A stretch of 63,718 bases of DNA, counting the filler, from Choristocarpus tenellus KU-1152 (taxonomy: Eukaryota > Protista > Phaeophyceae), in the NCBI GenBank assembly GCA_964200185.2. It is 8 parts of 8 records of this genome, joined end to end, with 100 filler letters (N's around TTAATTAATTAA, not from the genome) between each part and the next. Parts side by side here need not be neighbours in the genome. Positions count along the whole stretch, not along the records: positions 1 to 21,304 come from CAXNAD020000351.1; positions 21,405 to 29,302 come from CAXNAD020005428.1; 6 more parts are not named here. One strand, written 5' to 3'. Shown piece by piece: positions 13,901-27,494 of the stretch. The position numbers and the translations under genes were made by a program. Below the pieces are notes generated by a model. That model saw only the letters and a program-made list of their open reading frames with translations. It ran no database searches and was not told the origin of the DNA. Each line of letters begins with the position of its first letter. Positions within the stretch are counted from its first letter, which is position 1.

Positions 13901-16900
13901 AATTGGCTTCCCAAATGCAGCGTGAGGTTGAGACCCATAGAAAGCAACATATTGCAAGAAGCAAGGATGAGGTGCCAAAATTGTAGTGCTTTGAGCCGTA
14001 GGGATCCAATCCCTAAGATTTGAGAACATTTTGTGATTAATCAAAACCAAAATTCAAGGGGCTGATTATTTGTTTTTTTCTATTTTCTACTTTGGAATAT
14101 TTGGACCACGCCAGCAAGCTTAGCTACATGTAAGAGTGCTGAAGCAATTTTGACTGAGTTCAAGAACCGTTTTGGCATGGGGAGGAGTATTGCATATTGC
14201 TCCTTGGGTGAGGGTAGGAAGTCCAGCAGGTTTTAGTGGCAACAGGTTCCAGGTAAATGTCTGGTCCACAACGCGAAAATCTTGTGTGATATTCCCCATG
14301 ATGCAAGCGGAGACATTTGGAGGCAGGACAAGTTAGGACTCTTAGGCATCCTGGAGGATGAGCGCAGGGCACAGGAGGCAGGTGTTATGGTAGATCCTAG
14401 TCCACACTCATGCTCTGCCCATCCTGAGAGGAGGCAGCCCTTACTGAAGAAACATGATGGAATCACATGATACTTCCCTTGTAATGTGTGGGGGAATTGA
14501 GATGTTGATGGTGGGGTGATGCTCACAGTCAGGGAGCATATGGTGCACCTTAGTAAACCAGCAATTTTAGAGGCTTTTGTATTGTCCTGACCCTTGCAGT
14601 TCTTTGAATCGTTCCAATCCAAGCATAAGATCTTCAGAATGTCTAGTTTAGTGGGGGTAGTCAGGATGCTGAGGTTCTCCCTAGTCTGGAAGGGTTCAAA
14701 TCTGAGAGCGCCCAAATTTCATGAACAAGTTGACCGCTTCGGGATGCGATTGTATGAGTTTCAACATGTTTATTACAGTAGATTTAGGGTGGTTAGGAAC
14801 ATACTGTATGTGTTTTTGATCAAAAGTCCTGGAGCACAGTCAATTTTAGTTGGGAGTTTGAGAGGGGGATTATTGTTGCTATATTGCTACTGCCAAGGAC
14901 GAGCAATACAAAGGAACCTCGTGGGAGATGCCTGTTCATCAAGCACTCTTGGCGCCCAGGTCAATCTGGCATGCTGAAGGTGTCACCGCACATCGTGCAG
15001 TTGAAGAAGCAACGTGTGTTACCCATCAACACTCAACATCATGTACCAATGTTGCTCTAGATAGCCTAGCTTTGGAGCAACACCATGAACTGATGTGGAG
15101 GTGGATGCTGGAGACTAGGGGTCATTCCACAATGCTATAGCATTGGAAGGCTAGAATTGCACGGTGGCCCCCTAGCTGTCCATCTCATGGGATTGAGTAA
15201 GGAGGATTCTGAAATACAGAGACTACACACTAGACAGAGGATTGCTACACGATGGAGCAATGGAGGTGGATGAAGTGAGATTTCTAGAGGTTGTGCTATC
15301 GATCTGATCTTCGATGATTCTACTATCTTTTGCCGCCGTCCCACTTGCCTTGTCTTAAGTGATGTTGCTGCTAGCTCATCCTTGCACTCTACACCCAATA
15401 ATATGTGCACCAGGTTAACGCTCCCGTTGCTGATGTGTTTGCCTTTGGTGACACGACTGCCTCAAAGTATTTCCTCTCTTCACAGGTAACCTGACCTGTG
15501 GCAGAGTATGCATGTTTTGTACCTTCCTTGCTCAAGGAGGTCAAAACCGTGCATTATAGCAAGGAGATCACAGAAGTTGACACACGAGGTTGCTGCAATA
15601 TCTCTCTTCTGTGCTTGAAATATCAGAACTTGATGTTCATTTCGAGAACAGGAGGCAACTATAGCAAATCTTGCTCTGTTGTGCCTTTGATGCTGTGCCA
15701 GTCAAGGAATCCTGCCTATCTGACAAAACAGATTGCCGAGTTTTTTTTTCTGTATTGTGCCTGACAAGCAGAATACAGTTGGTGTCTGCAACTTCAACAT
15801 TGTTTTGTTTTGTTGAGGATAAGCCTTCAAAGACAATAGCCGCTGTTATTCAGGTCGCCAGACGCATTGTGATGAAACACACCAGCACGTAGCACTTACA
15901 ATATATGAGCCTCGCATAAGATGGGGGGTATTGGTATTGGTGCTGATGACATTGCAGGGAGCAATCCTAACCCATCAAGTTTCCAGCCTCAACTGCCGAA
16001 AATTGGGAAGGCGAAGGGGTCAGACAAGACTCATTGCAAAGAAGTGCACCATGTCCAATGCCGTAGACTGTCCTTCTGCTGCATTATGTACAGAAAGCTC
16101 TGGTACTCTAAATGCTATGAACACAAATCCTCCCCAACATAGGTGGGAACTCATAAAGTCAACAAGGTAGTCTAGGGCATGCACTCAGGGTGAGATTCTC
16201 GGGGAAAGATGAGGAGGGATGAAGGCCAGGAGTTGCTAAACCTTTGTGTGGAGATAAGGGACACAGCAAGAGTTGTACAGGTCATCCCTTTTGAGGAGAG
16301 GCTGCGCACACGCCTATTCCACCATCAAGGTGCTGTGATGATCACCAACACCAACCGATTTGATGTGATTGGATTCATTTTGTTCTTGAGTGCGATCAGT
16401 GTCTGGGTGTCTTGGCAGACCTTGCCAAAGTCAAAGCACAGCCTAAATTTGTCCAATACTGCAGCTGCCCAGGTGTGAGGGGAATGTCTTTTGTCTTTTT
16501 GAGCCAAGTCTGTTGTTGGTTGGTATAGCCGAATCTCGGGAAATTGAAATTTGGGGGTCTTCCAATCATATGCTCCTTGGTCGCAAGGTGACCAAGCATA
16601 ACTGCACACTTTAGTGGTCCAGTTCTGATTTTCGCACCCTGCAACTAGGTGATCCGCTCTCACTGACACTGTCCTTGAGAACAGCAAAAACTCAGATGTT
16701 GCTTAGGAGCTCGTTTGAGAGCTGAGGATTAAAACACCGATATGTACATCAAACAATATTTAACACAGTCCGATACATGCTCCGTGCAAACAAAAACGTT
16801 GGTATATGCCCTACAGAAGCAGAGAGAGTGTTCACTATGTACTATTTTTCAAGTATTTGGCCCCTGACGAATGAGTATCTTCATGTCCTCTACATGACGT

Positions 16901-18855
16901 CATCAGTGCATTGCACCATTACCAAAGGTATACTGTAACTCTAGTCTATATAATAAACATTAATTACATGGGAAAAATGTAGAAAATACATGAAACAGCA
17001 TACTGGTACATACATAAGTTGATAATATTGGGAACCAAGTCTCATGCTTCAAATTTTGAAGTACTATGTATTACATCATATTTACAAATATTCACTTTTC
17101 AGAGTAAGTGGGTCTGTGTGTGGTGTGCCATGTCATGACCAGCCTGTGTGTCAAATATGACTTAGATGCATGGCTGGCAACTACTTCAATATAGCTGAGC
17201 CAGCATACACATTGTTCAAATATAACCTAGATCATGGCCATCAACTGCTTCAACATGGAGAGGTCACAGGCCAGCCCACAACCATGACCAAGAAGGTGGA
17301 CATGCTAACTGCCTAGCCCCCTCAAAGTTGCCTGGTCACCACAAGACCTCCCATGTATCAAGTGTTGGAGATCATTTCTTGTTCAGTTCATGAGGCCTAT
17401 GTGTACAGATTTTGTTTGTATGTATTTGTAACCATAGAGTTGAAGGAATAATTCCAGTATGTGCACAACCAGAGAGTTGGAGATTGTGTATACTATATGT
17501 GCACAAATTGGGGGCTTGGATTTAAAGAGGGTATAGGTGTGAGAACTTGGGAACCTCTACCTTCCATTCTGAAGGATACTCCTGTGAACAATCACAGTGC
17601 ACCAGTGTTGTCTGAATTGAGTCCACCTGTGTTTTGCAATGCTTACAGTGTATTTGCGAAATGTTAAGACAGGTGTTTTTTTGGCAAACTTCCTCTTCGC
17701 TACTTTGGATTGGTAGCATGGTGGGCTCTGGGAGTTGTGGGCGAAGATTGTGATTATTCACTTGTATGTTGTCATTGTCATACACATCGTGGTGCTTTAC
17801 TGGGCTGTGTAACAGTTTTTTTTTTTAATTTACTGATGGGTGATAAAATATGAGGAAGAAATCAAGAGGTTTAATTGGGGGTTTTTTCCGAATAAGGGTC
17901 TGCCTTTGATCGAATATATGTCTGTGCTTTGCTCCTTCATTGGGTGCATCTTTAATCTCATTCAAGCGAGATAGCATCCAATGATATCACATAGTGCGTT
18001 TTATTTGGAGGTGTGAAGTACGATAATAATAATAAAAACTTCTTTGATGTTACACTTAACCTATCCCGCACATATATATATGTTCCTTGCCCATATGTCA
18101 CAAAAGGTAACAATACATTATGGTCAGGTTTAAGCCACCCAAATCCAATCTGGATAACTACTGTACCTAGTCAACCAACCAAACACACACTCCAAGCCCA
18201 GTGAGGAGAAGTCACTGTAGCGATTGGACCAACTCCAGTTACAGTCTCTACAGCCACACCCTCCACATCATATTCCCTGTCAAAATGGTTCTGGATCATA
18301 TCTAGTGTCATTTTTTGCATTTCGTGTAAGGCTTGACTGTTCACTCGGTGGTTCCATTTTTCCTCACCTCCCTTACAATTAGTTGGTTTTTGCTTTGCAA
18401 AATGAGAGATGTCTCTGTATGAGCAACTCGGGACCAACAGAACCCACGAGCACCTCAGCCCCAACAAGACCAGCACAACAAGTTATGTAACAATAGGAAC
18501 GTCAGCATTTGAAATTTGTTCAAGGTTGATGAACCCTAATTCCAAGTCCTAATGCACCTCCTTTGCAAGCTCAATCACCTCCTTCCAATGAAGGAGCAAC
18601 AGTATCTGGTACTTTGAAGGCAGTTCGACTTATGTATTAGTGCCATGCGCCACTGACCCACTCGACCACCCATTGTATTTGTAACATATCCACTGTATTC
18701 AGGGAAACTACGGGACTAAGGTTGCAGCATCATTCTCTCCTGTGCAAGGAGCCTGCCTGGTGCATGGGCATGGGACTCAATGCCTGCTTCACGAAGGAGC
18801 ACGTGTTGAACGAGGAGTCAAGTACCTCCTGCGAACAGATGTGATGTACGCTTAA
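10916..18855 (+). CDS. 2-oxoglutarate/Fe(II)-dependent oxygenase (prolyl-4-hydroxylase-like); exons 10916-11136, 11634-11834, 12115-12349, 18703-18855
   Basis: NIRLYRYTVGQRFGKHID (HxD), TVLVYLN, GGETVFY, LLHEG (distal His) and KYLLRTDVMY (2OG-binding K/R). Splice phases are consistent; intron 3 is about 6.35 kb. Confidence 0.9.
12860..16690. mobile_element. Degenerate non-LTR retrotransposon remnants inside intron 3 of the 2OG oxygenase
   Basis: Broken RT-like words on the minus strand (KIRSIA near 15300, NSYNRI near 14750) and patchy similarity to the LINE at 34160-36790. Many stops; boundaries approximate. Confidence 0.4.
13669..13804. repeat. Interleaved inverted repeats: 33-bp hairpin plus 18-bp loop-to-downstream pairing
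   Basis: 13669-13701 is the reverse complement of 13724-13756 with 3 mismatches. 13699-13716 GAGCAGGTAGTCAGCTGA is the exact reverse complement of 13787-13804. Confidence 0.85.
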
Positions 18856-20067
18856 CCTAGGTCTTGATGTTGGGTACTGTGGTAGAAACTATCCAGAATA
18901 CTTCCTCCAATGTTCGTCCCACATTAGGACCTCTGTGCCATGGGGAAGCAACCAGGCAATGCCCTTGACCTCGGCAGTGAATTGCCTCCGGCAGTTCTAG
19001 CTTGCCCAAAAGGCATGTCACAGTGATCTGGGACTTTAGAGTATGGTAATGCTTTCTGGTCCTTATGTGTGGAAACACTAGCCATTAGGAAGAGGTTGGA
19101 GAAGTTTGAATGGAGGCACCTTGCCACTTCTTGATTCTACAAAACACGATGACAAGTTTGTGGGTACAAACTGTCGGTAAATTACATCTTGCCTTGATAG
19201 TACTCAACAGTGGAAGCCACAGCATTGCTATACTGCAGTGTCCAGCTGTACTCCATGCATCAAACCCAACAAGTGCAACGGCTTGACTTGATCACAAGTC
19301 ATGGTAGTAGTAGTAACACAAGAACTATTGTACAGAGTACTTCAAAAACTGAACAGACGGGTTTGGAGCAGTGTGCTCTTTTGTCTTACACAAAGATTTT
19401 TGACAAAAACAACTACTGTGACTCATGTACCATATCAAGTTCAGTATCATGAGTGAGAAGGTAGGGGAGAACTGCGCAGGCTCCAGTGACTGGAAAGGTG
19501 GGACACGCATATGTTCACCATTAAACAAATATTGTGTGGAATGCTTTTTCGTAAATGTTCATTACATCTGCACATAAATTCGCAAAAAACAGCTAAAAGC
19601 AGCTAGTGGCAGTCAGTGCAAAACATAAGTCAGGTCCTTTTGAACTATCCATAAACCCACGCTTCCATGGTCTTCATGGATGTGCCCCCCTGCTTGGCCA
19701 CCTCTCTTTGCAATATCTACAATACACACTGTTCAAGGGCAGATGCAAGAGTGGAATAGGGGAATAAATAGTGATCAGGGGCCATACAGGCATGTTTTGT
19801 ATTGCACAACTTAGTAGATGCAGGGTGGTTTTTCTGTGTTGGGGAAAATGCACCTTCACCTCTCACACACCCTAGGCTTCTTGAAAACATTACATATTTT
19901 TATCTTGCCCTTCTGCCAACTGAAGAATATGGGCCTCTCTAGCCCTTTTGTCCACTGCTGTAGTGGGAACTTTTTGTGGTATACTCTGGAGCACATCTTA
20001 TGGGTGAGGTATTGGAAGGTGCAGAGGGACAGTCGAAGTTAGATATTTCAGCTCCACCTTCCCTTAC

Positions 20068-20731
20068 CTTCGGGCACTGAAAGTCCGTTCCTTTGATTGA
20101 CTCCAACTTGTTTGTTTTTGAGCCATCCTTGTTGTTGAGCTTTACGCAGTCCCTATGGAACAGTTCCCCACATCCATTGCACCCAACCACTTGTGCTGTC
20201 TACCACACACAGCACAGAAAGACAAAGTAGGCAAACAGGATATGGAGGACTATGAAATTTGGTCAGGTTGGAGGGGGACGTATGCTGTGTCTATGTTGCA
20301 GCCTGGAGAGCACAAGGCCAGCATCAGGCAAAAGGGTATTTTTTTAGTCTTCTAATCTTGCGCTTCTCTCGAAACACATAGATGTATGCTGAATCCTACC
20401 GATACTATTTGACTTCAGTGTTCATTCACAAGCAAAAATGGCAATGGTTACTGTACAAAGATGACTCTTGGAAGTCATAAGCACATAATAGCTACTACGA
20501 TACGTACTCAGTTAGCTGTACCCGTACTTCCTACATGGTTTGTGTGCCATTTGTTCAGTCCTCCTAAATAGGAAGTGTTCACTTACTTAGCTGATGCAAT
20601 GGAAGGGGTGATTTTTTTACCTGAAAAGCAAAGACTAGATCGCCCCCCAAGCATAATCCACACACCCGGGCCGATTTTGCCTCGCATAAATCACAGTTCC
20701 TCTCCACGTGTTGAGAGAGGGTTTCCACCAT
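20068..20731 (-). CDS. PHD-finger-containing protein, internal exons 20731-20621 and 20199-20068 (partial; 3' exons may extend to about 18924)
   Basis: Spliced ..VCGLCLGGDLVFAFQ|TAQVVGCNGCGELFHRDCVKL..FQCPK fits the C4-H-C3 PHD pattern except that the last Cys falls in the next, uncertain exon. Confidence 0.6.
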
Positions 20732-21304
20732 CTGGTGTGTCATCAGTCACAAGAGGGAGTAGAGCAACATATCAAATCCACCCAGAAAGAATCTTGCGGC
20801 ATGAGGATGATGGGGAAGAGGTAGACATTGTGGTAAAACGTAACAAAACTTTGCAGTCTTGATGTGCTTTTCATTGTATCCCACAGTAAGTGCTTATTTG
20901 CCTAACTCCATGCACTGCTGTGGGAACTTGAAGTGTATGTATTGACTGACTCTCTGCCCCAAACGATACATTTTAACAAATGGAATCGCTTTCAATGAGG
21001 AGTTTGGCTCTTGAGTGACACCACACTACAGGAAGAGTCATCAGATAGATGGAACAAATCTGGAATGAAATCAGCTAGATCATGAGTGCATTACCCTAGT
21101 CGCATATCACCTAACCCAGGAATGCCAATAAATTGGGTCTGAGAGCATGAGTGGACTGAGTACAATTTACGCTCCACCAGAGCAATCCCGAAAGGATTGT
21201 ACCCATAAACTTAGCTCTAGTAGTGCTTGAGCAGGGGGGGGGCGATGTCTGTTATACTGGTAGTAGTTCACCAAGCAAATGCAGCAAAACAAACAAGGTC
21301 AGCA

Positions 21305-21404
21305 NNNNNNNNNNNNNNNNNNNNNNNNNNNNNNNNNNNNNNNNNNNNTTAATTAATTAANNNNNNNNNNNNNNNNNNNNNNNNNNNNNNNNNNNNNNNN
21401 NNNN
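21305..21404. other. Artificial contig linker N44-TTAATTAATTAA-N44; also at 29303-29402, 33917-34016, 45789-45888, 48487-48586, 56546-56645, 60871-60970
   Basis: Identical 100-bp structure occurs seven times; TTAATTAATTAA gives stops in all six frames. Confidence 0.98.
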
Positions 21405-24400
21405 GGGGGGGGGGGGGTATGGTACAGCTCTTGAAGTGTGGCAGGCTTCGTATTATGTCACCAGTGCTGCAGGGGAGTGAGAGTATAGCTGATGTGTTGT
21501 TGGTCTTGGTTTGAAGTGGGCTGGGCAGTTGCAGGTACATGTGTGTGTGTGTGTGTGCAGTTAGCGATGGTAGAAGGAATGTTTCTTTTTATTTTCTTCC
21601 ATCTTGCACAGTTTGGTGTCATCAAGGATGTGTGTTGGATAGTGTGTTGCAGTTCGGTTTTGAGGGGCTGTGGGTTGCTTTTTTTCCTACTGTGATTTCA
21701 CTCTTTGCACATTGCTTTTATTTTGTTAAAACAATGTGAGAGTGCCCCGTTACATTTTTATTTTTAGGGTTCCACAATGATAGTGGCCGAGAGAGAGATA
21801 AAGAGAGGTTGTCTCTCATGATGAGTAGAAGTGGATTACTTCCCTTTCTAACCCCCCCCCCCCCCCCCCTCCCCCCGTCACCCTTATCTGGTTACTACTG
21901 TACGTAGTTTCCCATCCTTTTTACTTCTGCATTAATTTTGTAGGTATGCTGATCTGATTTTTTCTGTCCTGATTTTGGTGAGCATGTATGCATGCATGAT
22001 TGTGTGACAGGCATCATTGATTGCTGGTGTATGGCAGGACTGTTACTTATTTTTGGAAGATAAATGATTTGTTACTCCTCTGCTCTGTTTCGAGAAAACT
22101 GCTTTTTCTCTTGGTCATGGCAACAACGGCATTCAAAGAGGTCAACTGCCTGTATGAATTGTGCTTCGAAGAAGTGGCTTGTTTTGTAGTTGATACTTAA
22201 TTCTTTGCTTTGGTGCATGGTGTTGAAGCCTGATAATTTAGATGAGGCAGAGTTAGCGTGCGCCTACACAGATTAAGTTGGTAGAGTGCCCATACAGACG
22301 GAATGAAATTGGTGTCACTCATAGGACTACAGAGTTGAAGAATGATTGATCATGCTGCCAGATCTGAAAACGGCCTTCATGGTGTCAAGTTATGAAGCTT
22401 TAGTTTCTTGGAACATTAGACAGCAAGGTGAGCGTCTACTAGGAGCACTGAGAAACAGGAGGAAGGAGTAGTTAGTAGGAAGAGTGATTAAAATATGATA
22501 ATGTAGTGGTAAACCAAGTGGTTCACTGCCATACATAATTTTATTGAAAATATGGGTGAACACTCGAGATATTCAGCAAATTAGCCAGTTCTTCAAAATA
22601 CACTAGATGGATGGCGGGGTCTCATGTATACGCGCCCAATTGTGGTTTGGCTGGCTGCATACCTCCTTCTGCCAACACGACAATAATATCGTTCCACATC
22701 ATCAGGCCCATGCATACATTTCGATCCATTTCCTCACTTACTCATTGTATCTTTTTTATTAAATTGTTAATCTTGGAGAGAATTGATTTTCTTTCCGAGA
22801 TTTGGAACGAAGATTTGGAGGTAGTTACTGAGGACTACTACTTTATAGCAAGTATGTAGAGACCTGATGTAACGACATCCTTCTCATCCACGACCCCTAC
22901 ACAGAGAACATCATCACCTTTTGTCACTGGTGCTTTAGTTCCACATCCTGTCTTACAAGGTGCACTGTGCCTCCCCGATAGAAGAAAACGTGCTACGACC
23001 TATTGTGTCAATACAGAAGGACACTGTTCTATTCATATAGCATTTAAGGTATCTCAAGTGGATGCACAACTCTTCCAGACCTTTGTTCACCACCAAAGGT
23101 GAAGACATCAACAATACTACTGCTAATAACATGTTCCTCCTTGGCTTACTCAAGCAGGAACTTCACATCAGTTCATGTTTGGCGGCATTTAACACAACAT
23201 CGAACTGTTTGCAAAACGAACCACTTCAACATTTCACCTCAACAGCATCAACTGCACTCCACTCTACGCGTTTAAACATTTCACATTCCATGTGGAAATT
23301 GCTGCTAAGAAGTTTGATCATTTCTTGTGTTGTCATCCGTGCTAAAATGACTGTTTATTGGGGATGCCAAACATGTGTACTCGGTTACGATATGCAATCT
23401 CTTGTTCAGTTTTGCACAGTGCAACAAAATTAAAAAAAAATGTGAAGGAATATGTTGAATGCTGCATTCTGATGATGCCATCGCACTTGATTTTTTCAAA
23501 ACCCAACCTGCTCCGCCACATCTTCCCATGCGAACTTCCTTTCTCCAGCTGAACAGCCATTTCAATAATAGAGTTCCTGTTATTTTGTATTTGACTTAGT
23601 CCTACATTTTTATTCTTGAAAGTTGTGAGCGCCGCCTTGTGGCAATGCCCGAAGATAAGTCCTCCAGAACAAACATTCAGCATTTTAAGGAACTCCAAAA
23701 TGGAATCCTTACTACTATATACCATACTTCGAAAGTGTTACATCAAGCGACCCACCCAATCAAGGTCATCGCTAGGAAGAACCCCTAATGCGGGGGGGGC
23801 AACACGCCCCCCGCGAACAAATCAATGTCCCCTGATAAGCGGAAGCAGCCACCTGTGTGAGACAACTTGATATAATTACAGTAGTAAAAAAACATTGCAA
23901 AAATAAATAAATCTAGACTGCATGTAACACTCACTACGCAAGGAACGGGATGAATGCAGCGTAATATAGGCTATGACAGATTCTTTTTGAACAGATTAAT
24001 TGAAACGTTCTGCAAAAAGCAGAGACTCGTCGGCACTCGGTGGAGTGCTGCTGAAAAAATCCCGAACGCACTTGCAGTCTTCGCGTACGAGAGTGAAAAA
24101 AAACGACTCTGTAGTGAGGTGGTTGCCCAGTGGTGTAAGTTGGCACACCAACGGCCCAGGAAGCACGAGGTACATGTATACGTCGAAAGGGATGGTGCAG
24201 GTCCATTCTTTGGCGACAACAATGCGCTGGATGCATTTAAAACCAGGCTGTTGATAATTCAAAAGATACCTGCATGGTATCTTCTTAGTTGATGTACCCG
24301 TCCTCTCCTCCACAGCAAAGTCTTTACCGTAAATCGCAGTCAAAAATACTTCTGTGCTTGGGTGTTCCCAAAACAAAAAGTGGCGTCAATCCTGTCAAAT

Positions 24401-27400
24401 GCCAACATCATAGTCTCTACTTCAGCAGTAGAGCCACTGTTTCAGCAGATCATTGCTACTTAAACTCGATGGTCCTTCATGACAGTGTCGACCCTGTCTG
24501 ATGTGAAATTGGTGTTATTGCCTGCCCTGACCCTCTGTGCTATACGTCATCAAATACCGGCACTTTTTGTGCCACATAATCACACTACACATCAGTCCGT
24601 CTTATCGTCATCGTCAGACGAGGATTCATCATAATCAACCGTGGCAGTATCTTGTGCTCCGCCCTTGCGTGCTGCGTTCTCTCTCCTCCGGGCCTGATCC
24701 TGCCTCTCTAGTCGCAGCCTCCGAGCACCTTCCACATCCGGCACTGCAATAACCGCCTGCCAAGATTGAGAAGAAATGTTCGCGGTATGAAATGGACAAA
24801 ATTTACATCAATATCTCTAGCACCGACTTGTACAGGTTGTGAGTCGGGTCATAATCTGGCAGGCAGTCTATCTACCAATAATTATTGTACCACAGTTGTT
24901 ACTATGGCAGTTTTTTTTTTATTGTGTGAAATGTGTATACGTACTAGTACTCTATTAAACTTCCAAAGTACAGTAGTAAAAAGAAAAACAATATCTGTTG
25001 CTCCTCGAAATGGGTTTCTATCTTAGAAGCTGGCACATCAAAACACAACACAAGACTTTTGCCTTTGCTCCGGCATTGAGATTCCTTCCGCTCCTCCATC
25101 CCACCCACCCCTTGCACAAAAAAATTTAGGTCCATCCCACTTGAAAACTTACGCATATTATCTACATACCCAAATCTGTCCCCACAAACCCCATCAACCT
25201 CACACCCTAAAGGTCTGTACAAACAGCAACATATCTCAACATCACATACCCCAAGGCCCACTACAACTGCAATCATCTGGTGCTTCAAGTATGGAAGGTC
25301 AAGTTGTCTCTGGGAGATGTGAGGGTAGGCCAAGAACAGGGGTCCAGCGATGGCAGCAGGAACAGGGATTGGACCAACATACACAAGTGAGCCCCGATAG
25401 CATGCAACAAGGGCCCATGTAAACATCGCCTGAAAGAACTGGTCAGAGGGCTCCTTGAAACGGAGTTCCTGTTTATGCATTTGGAATGGGGGGAGGGGCA
25501 TTGTGTGTTAATGGTTGTCCATATATTTACTCACTGCATGGTACATTGCTACAATAAGTACGTTTCTTGAACACATACAAATTGTTACAGTGAGCAGATA
25601 AACCAATGGCAACGACCAAGTGTACTTCCTTGGAATCTATTGGCGTTTAGACACAATTTTTGACATGCAGTCTCTGCACTTCCAGCCTGTGCCCTGTACT
25701 GCAAAACGTTTTGTAGTGGAACTGCAAATGCACAAACACACATGCTCTGTTGGAGTATGTTCATGCATTTGAGGTGTGTAAAAGAACGCTTGTTAAAAAA
25801 ACTAATTATATGCAACTCTGCCGACCATTTTCTACTTGAACATACATACCAACAGATATTGCATTCAACAACAGGTAGAGAGGAATGTCATTTCACGCAC
25901 TCGAACCCAGTAGCCTGGAGCCAGGAGCACAGCACCCATAGCAACAATGGTGCTGAGAAAGGCAGAGGGGTTGCCCTTGAATAGCCTGCGCTCCAAAGAA
26001 GACATGCAGTAGTACAGAACCACCTGTTGGATATACCGCAAGAATTGTTGATGACACAACAGTCGGTTACAGGATAGAGTTAACAAAAGATTGAGAGTTG
26101 TAGGGGAAACACAGGAGGCAGTAGACTCTAGAGGAAAATGCAGGCGATAAGCGTGATGAGGAGTTGTGCTTTCCTCTGCTGTAATCTGCAGAGCTGCCTA
26201 TCAAGTCCACATTCCTTTCATGGTCGTGAAAATACCGATATGTGGTCACCCTCTAAGTAAGGGATAAACCTCTATGCAATCCTCTGTCATAGTGTGGATC
26301 ATGGCGAGGGCAGACAGTCCATCTATCCTCCCTCTAAACGTAGACCCCATTGCAAGTAGGGTCAACTGGTTCTAGGTGAGAAGGAAACACGACAAGCTTA
26401 TATCGGGTGAGACAATCAAATCCCACCATTAAGCAGTAGAGGAGATAAAAAAACATTCAAAACCTATTGTCCCTCACGCAAGATCCTTCGACATGCCCTT
26501 GGCAGTACGCAAGTGGGAACACTTTGAGCTCTTCGACCCGAGAACAAGAGGTCGACGACCTTTGGAACTAGTCTCCTCAGGAAGTAGGAGTTCAATCCCC
26601 CCGCTAGCAATTCAATCTACACCTCACCAGGGTCCAGATGTCGAAAAGGTTATCTATATCGAAAAGAAGCAGGCTTGACACAAGACGCCACCACTCGCGT
26701 CGCTTGAGGACTGCTGTGTATGACAGGGTAAGGCGTGAACGGCGCAGATCCTTGATAAGGTGGAACTCTGAGCAAACACTCAATGCTGCTGCTGTTGCGC
26801 ATATCTACGGAGGGGATTACGGACGTGTGAAGAGGAAGGGAGGTAACGGGATGTTGTAGCCATCAATGGTTATGAAATTGTTTTGCCATTTCAATCCTCA
26901 TTCTTGCACTAGATAAGTTGGAGTTGTGCATTCCCGCTCCAGGTCAAAGCAACGATGACTGTGGGCAGGGGAACGAGGTTAGGATTACAGATCCCCTCCC
27001 TTGCCTAAGTCGAGGTCTAGGGTCCAATGCCTTCCCACGAAAAAATGCGCTCAGGACACAATTTGGATGGCCAATAGTAGGGTTCATCCAAACGTGGCAG
27101 CATCTTGAGGTAAAAACTTGGGTCTAAAAAGATGGCGTTCACACTTGTGACATATTTGCATTCACTGCATTTGGCAAACGGGCAGGAAGCACTCACCAAT
27201 CCAGCCACAGGAGCTTGGAGCTTCATGCTTCAGTGCCCTAATGCAGGCACTTGGAAAGTCAAGGTAATCCTGTGAACCTTTGACATCTTCGACCTTTTCC
27301 ACGAACCTGGGAAGCATCTGAAACTGTGACCGTTTTGTCTTTTGTCAACATCCCCCACCCCACACCTCTCCACAACCTTCCTTACACGAAGCCAACTAAT

Positions 27401-27494
27401 CCCATGAATTCTATTTTAGCAAGCTGAATATCGTACGTCGAGATTTATTACGGCGATAATCGCAAGCTAGGTCTCTGAGCTCTGTCGTTTTGGT

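Noticed and set aside
21349-21360. Recurrent palindrome TTAATTAATTAA
   Set aside because: Assembly linker with six-frame stops, always embedded in Ns; not biological.
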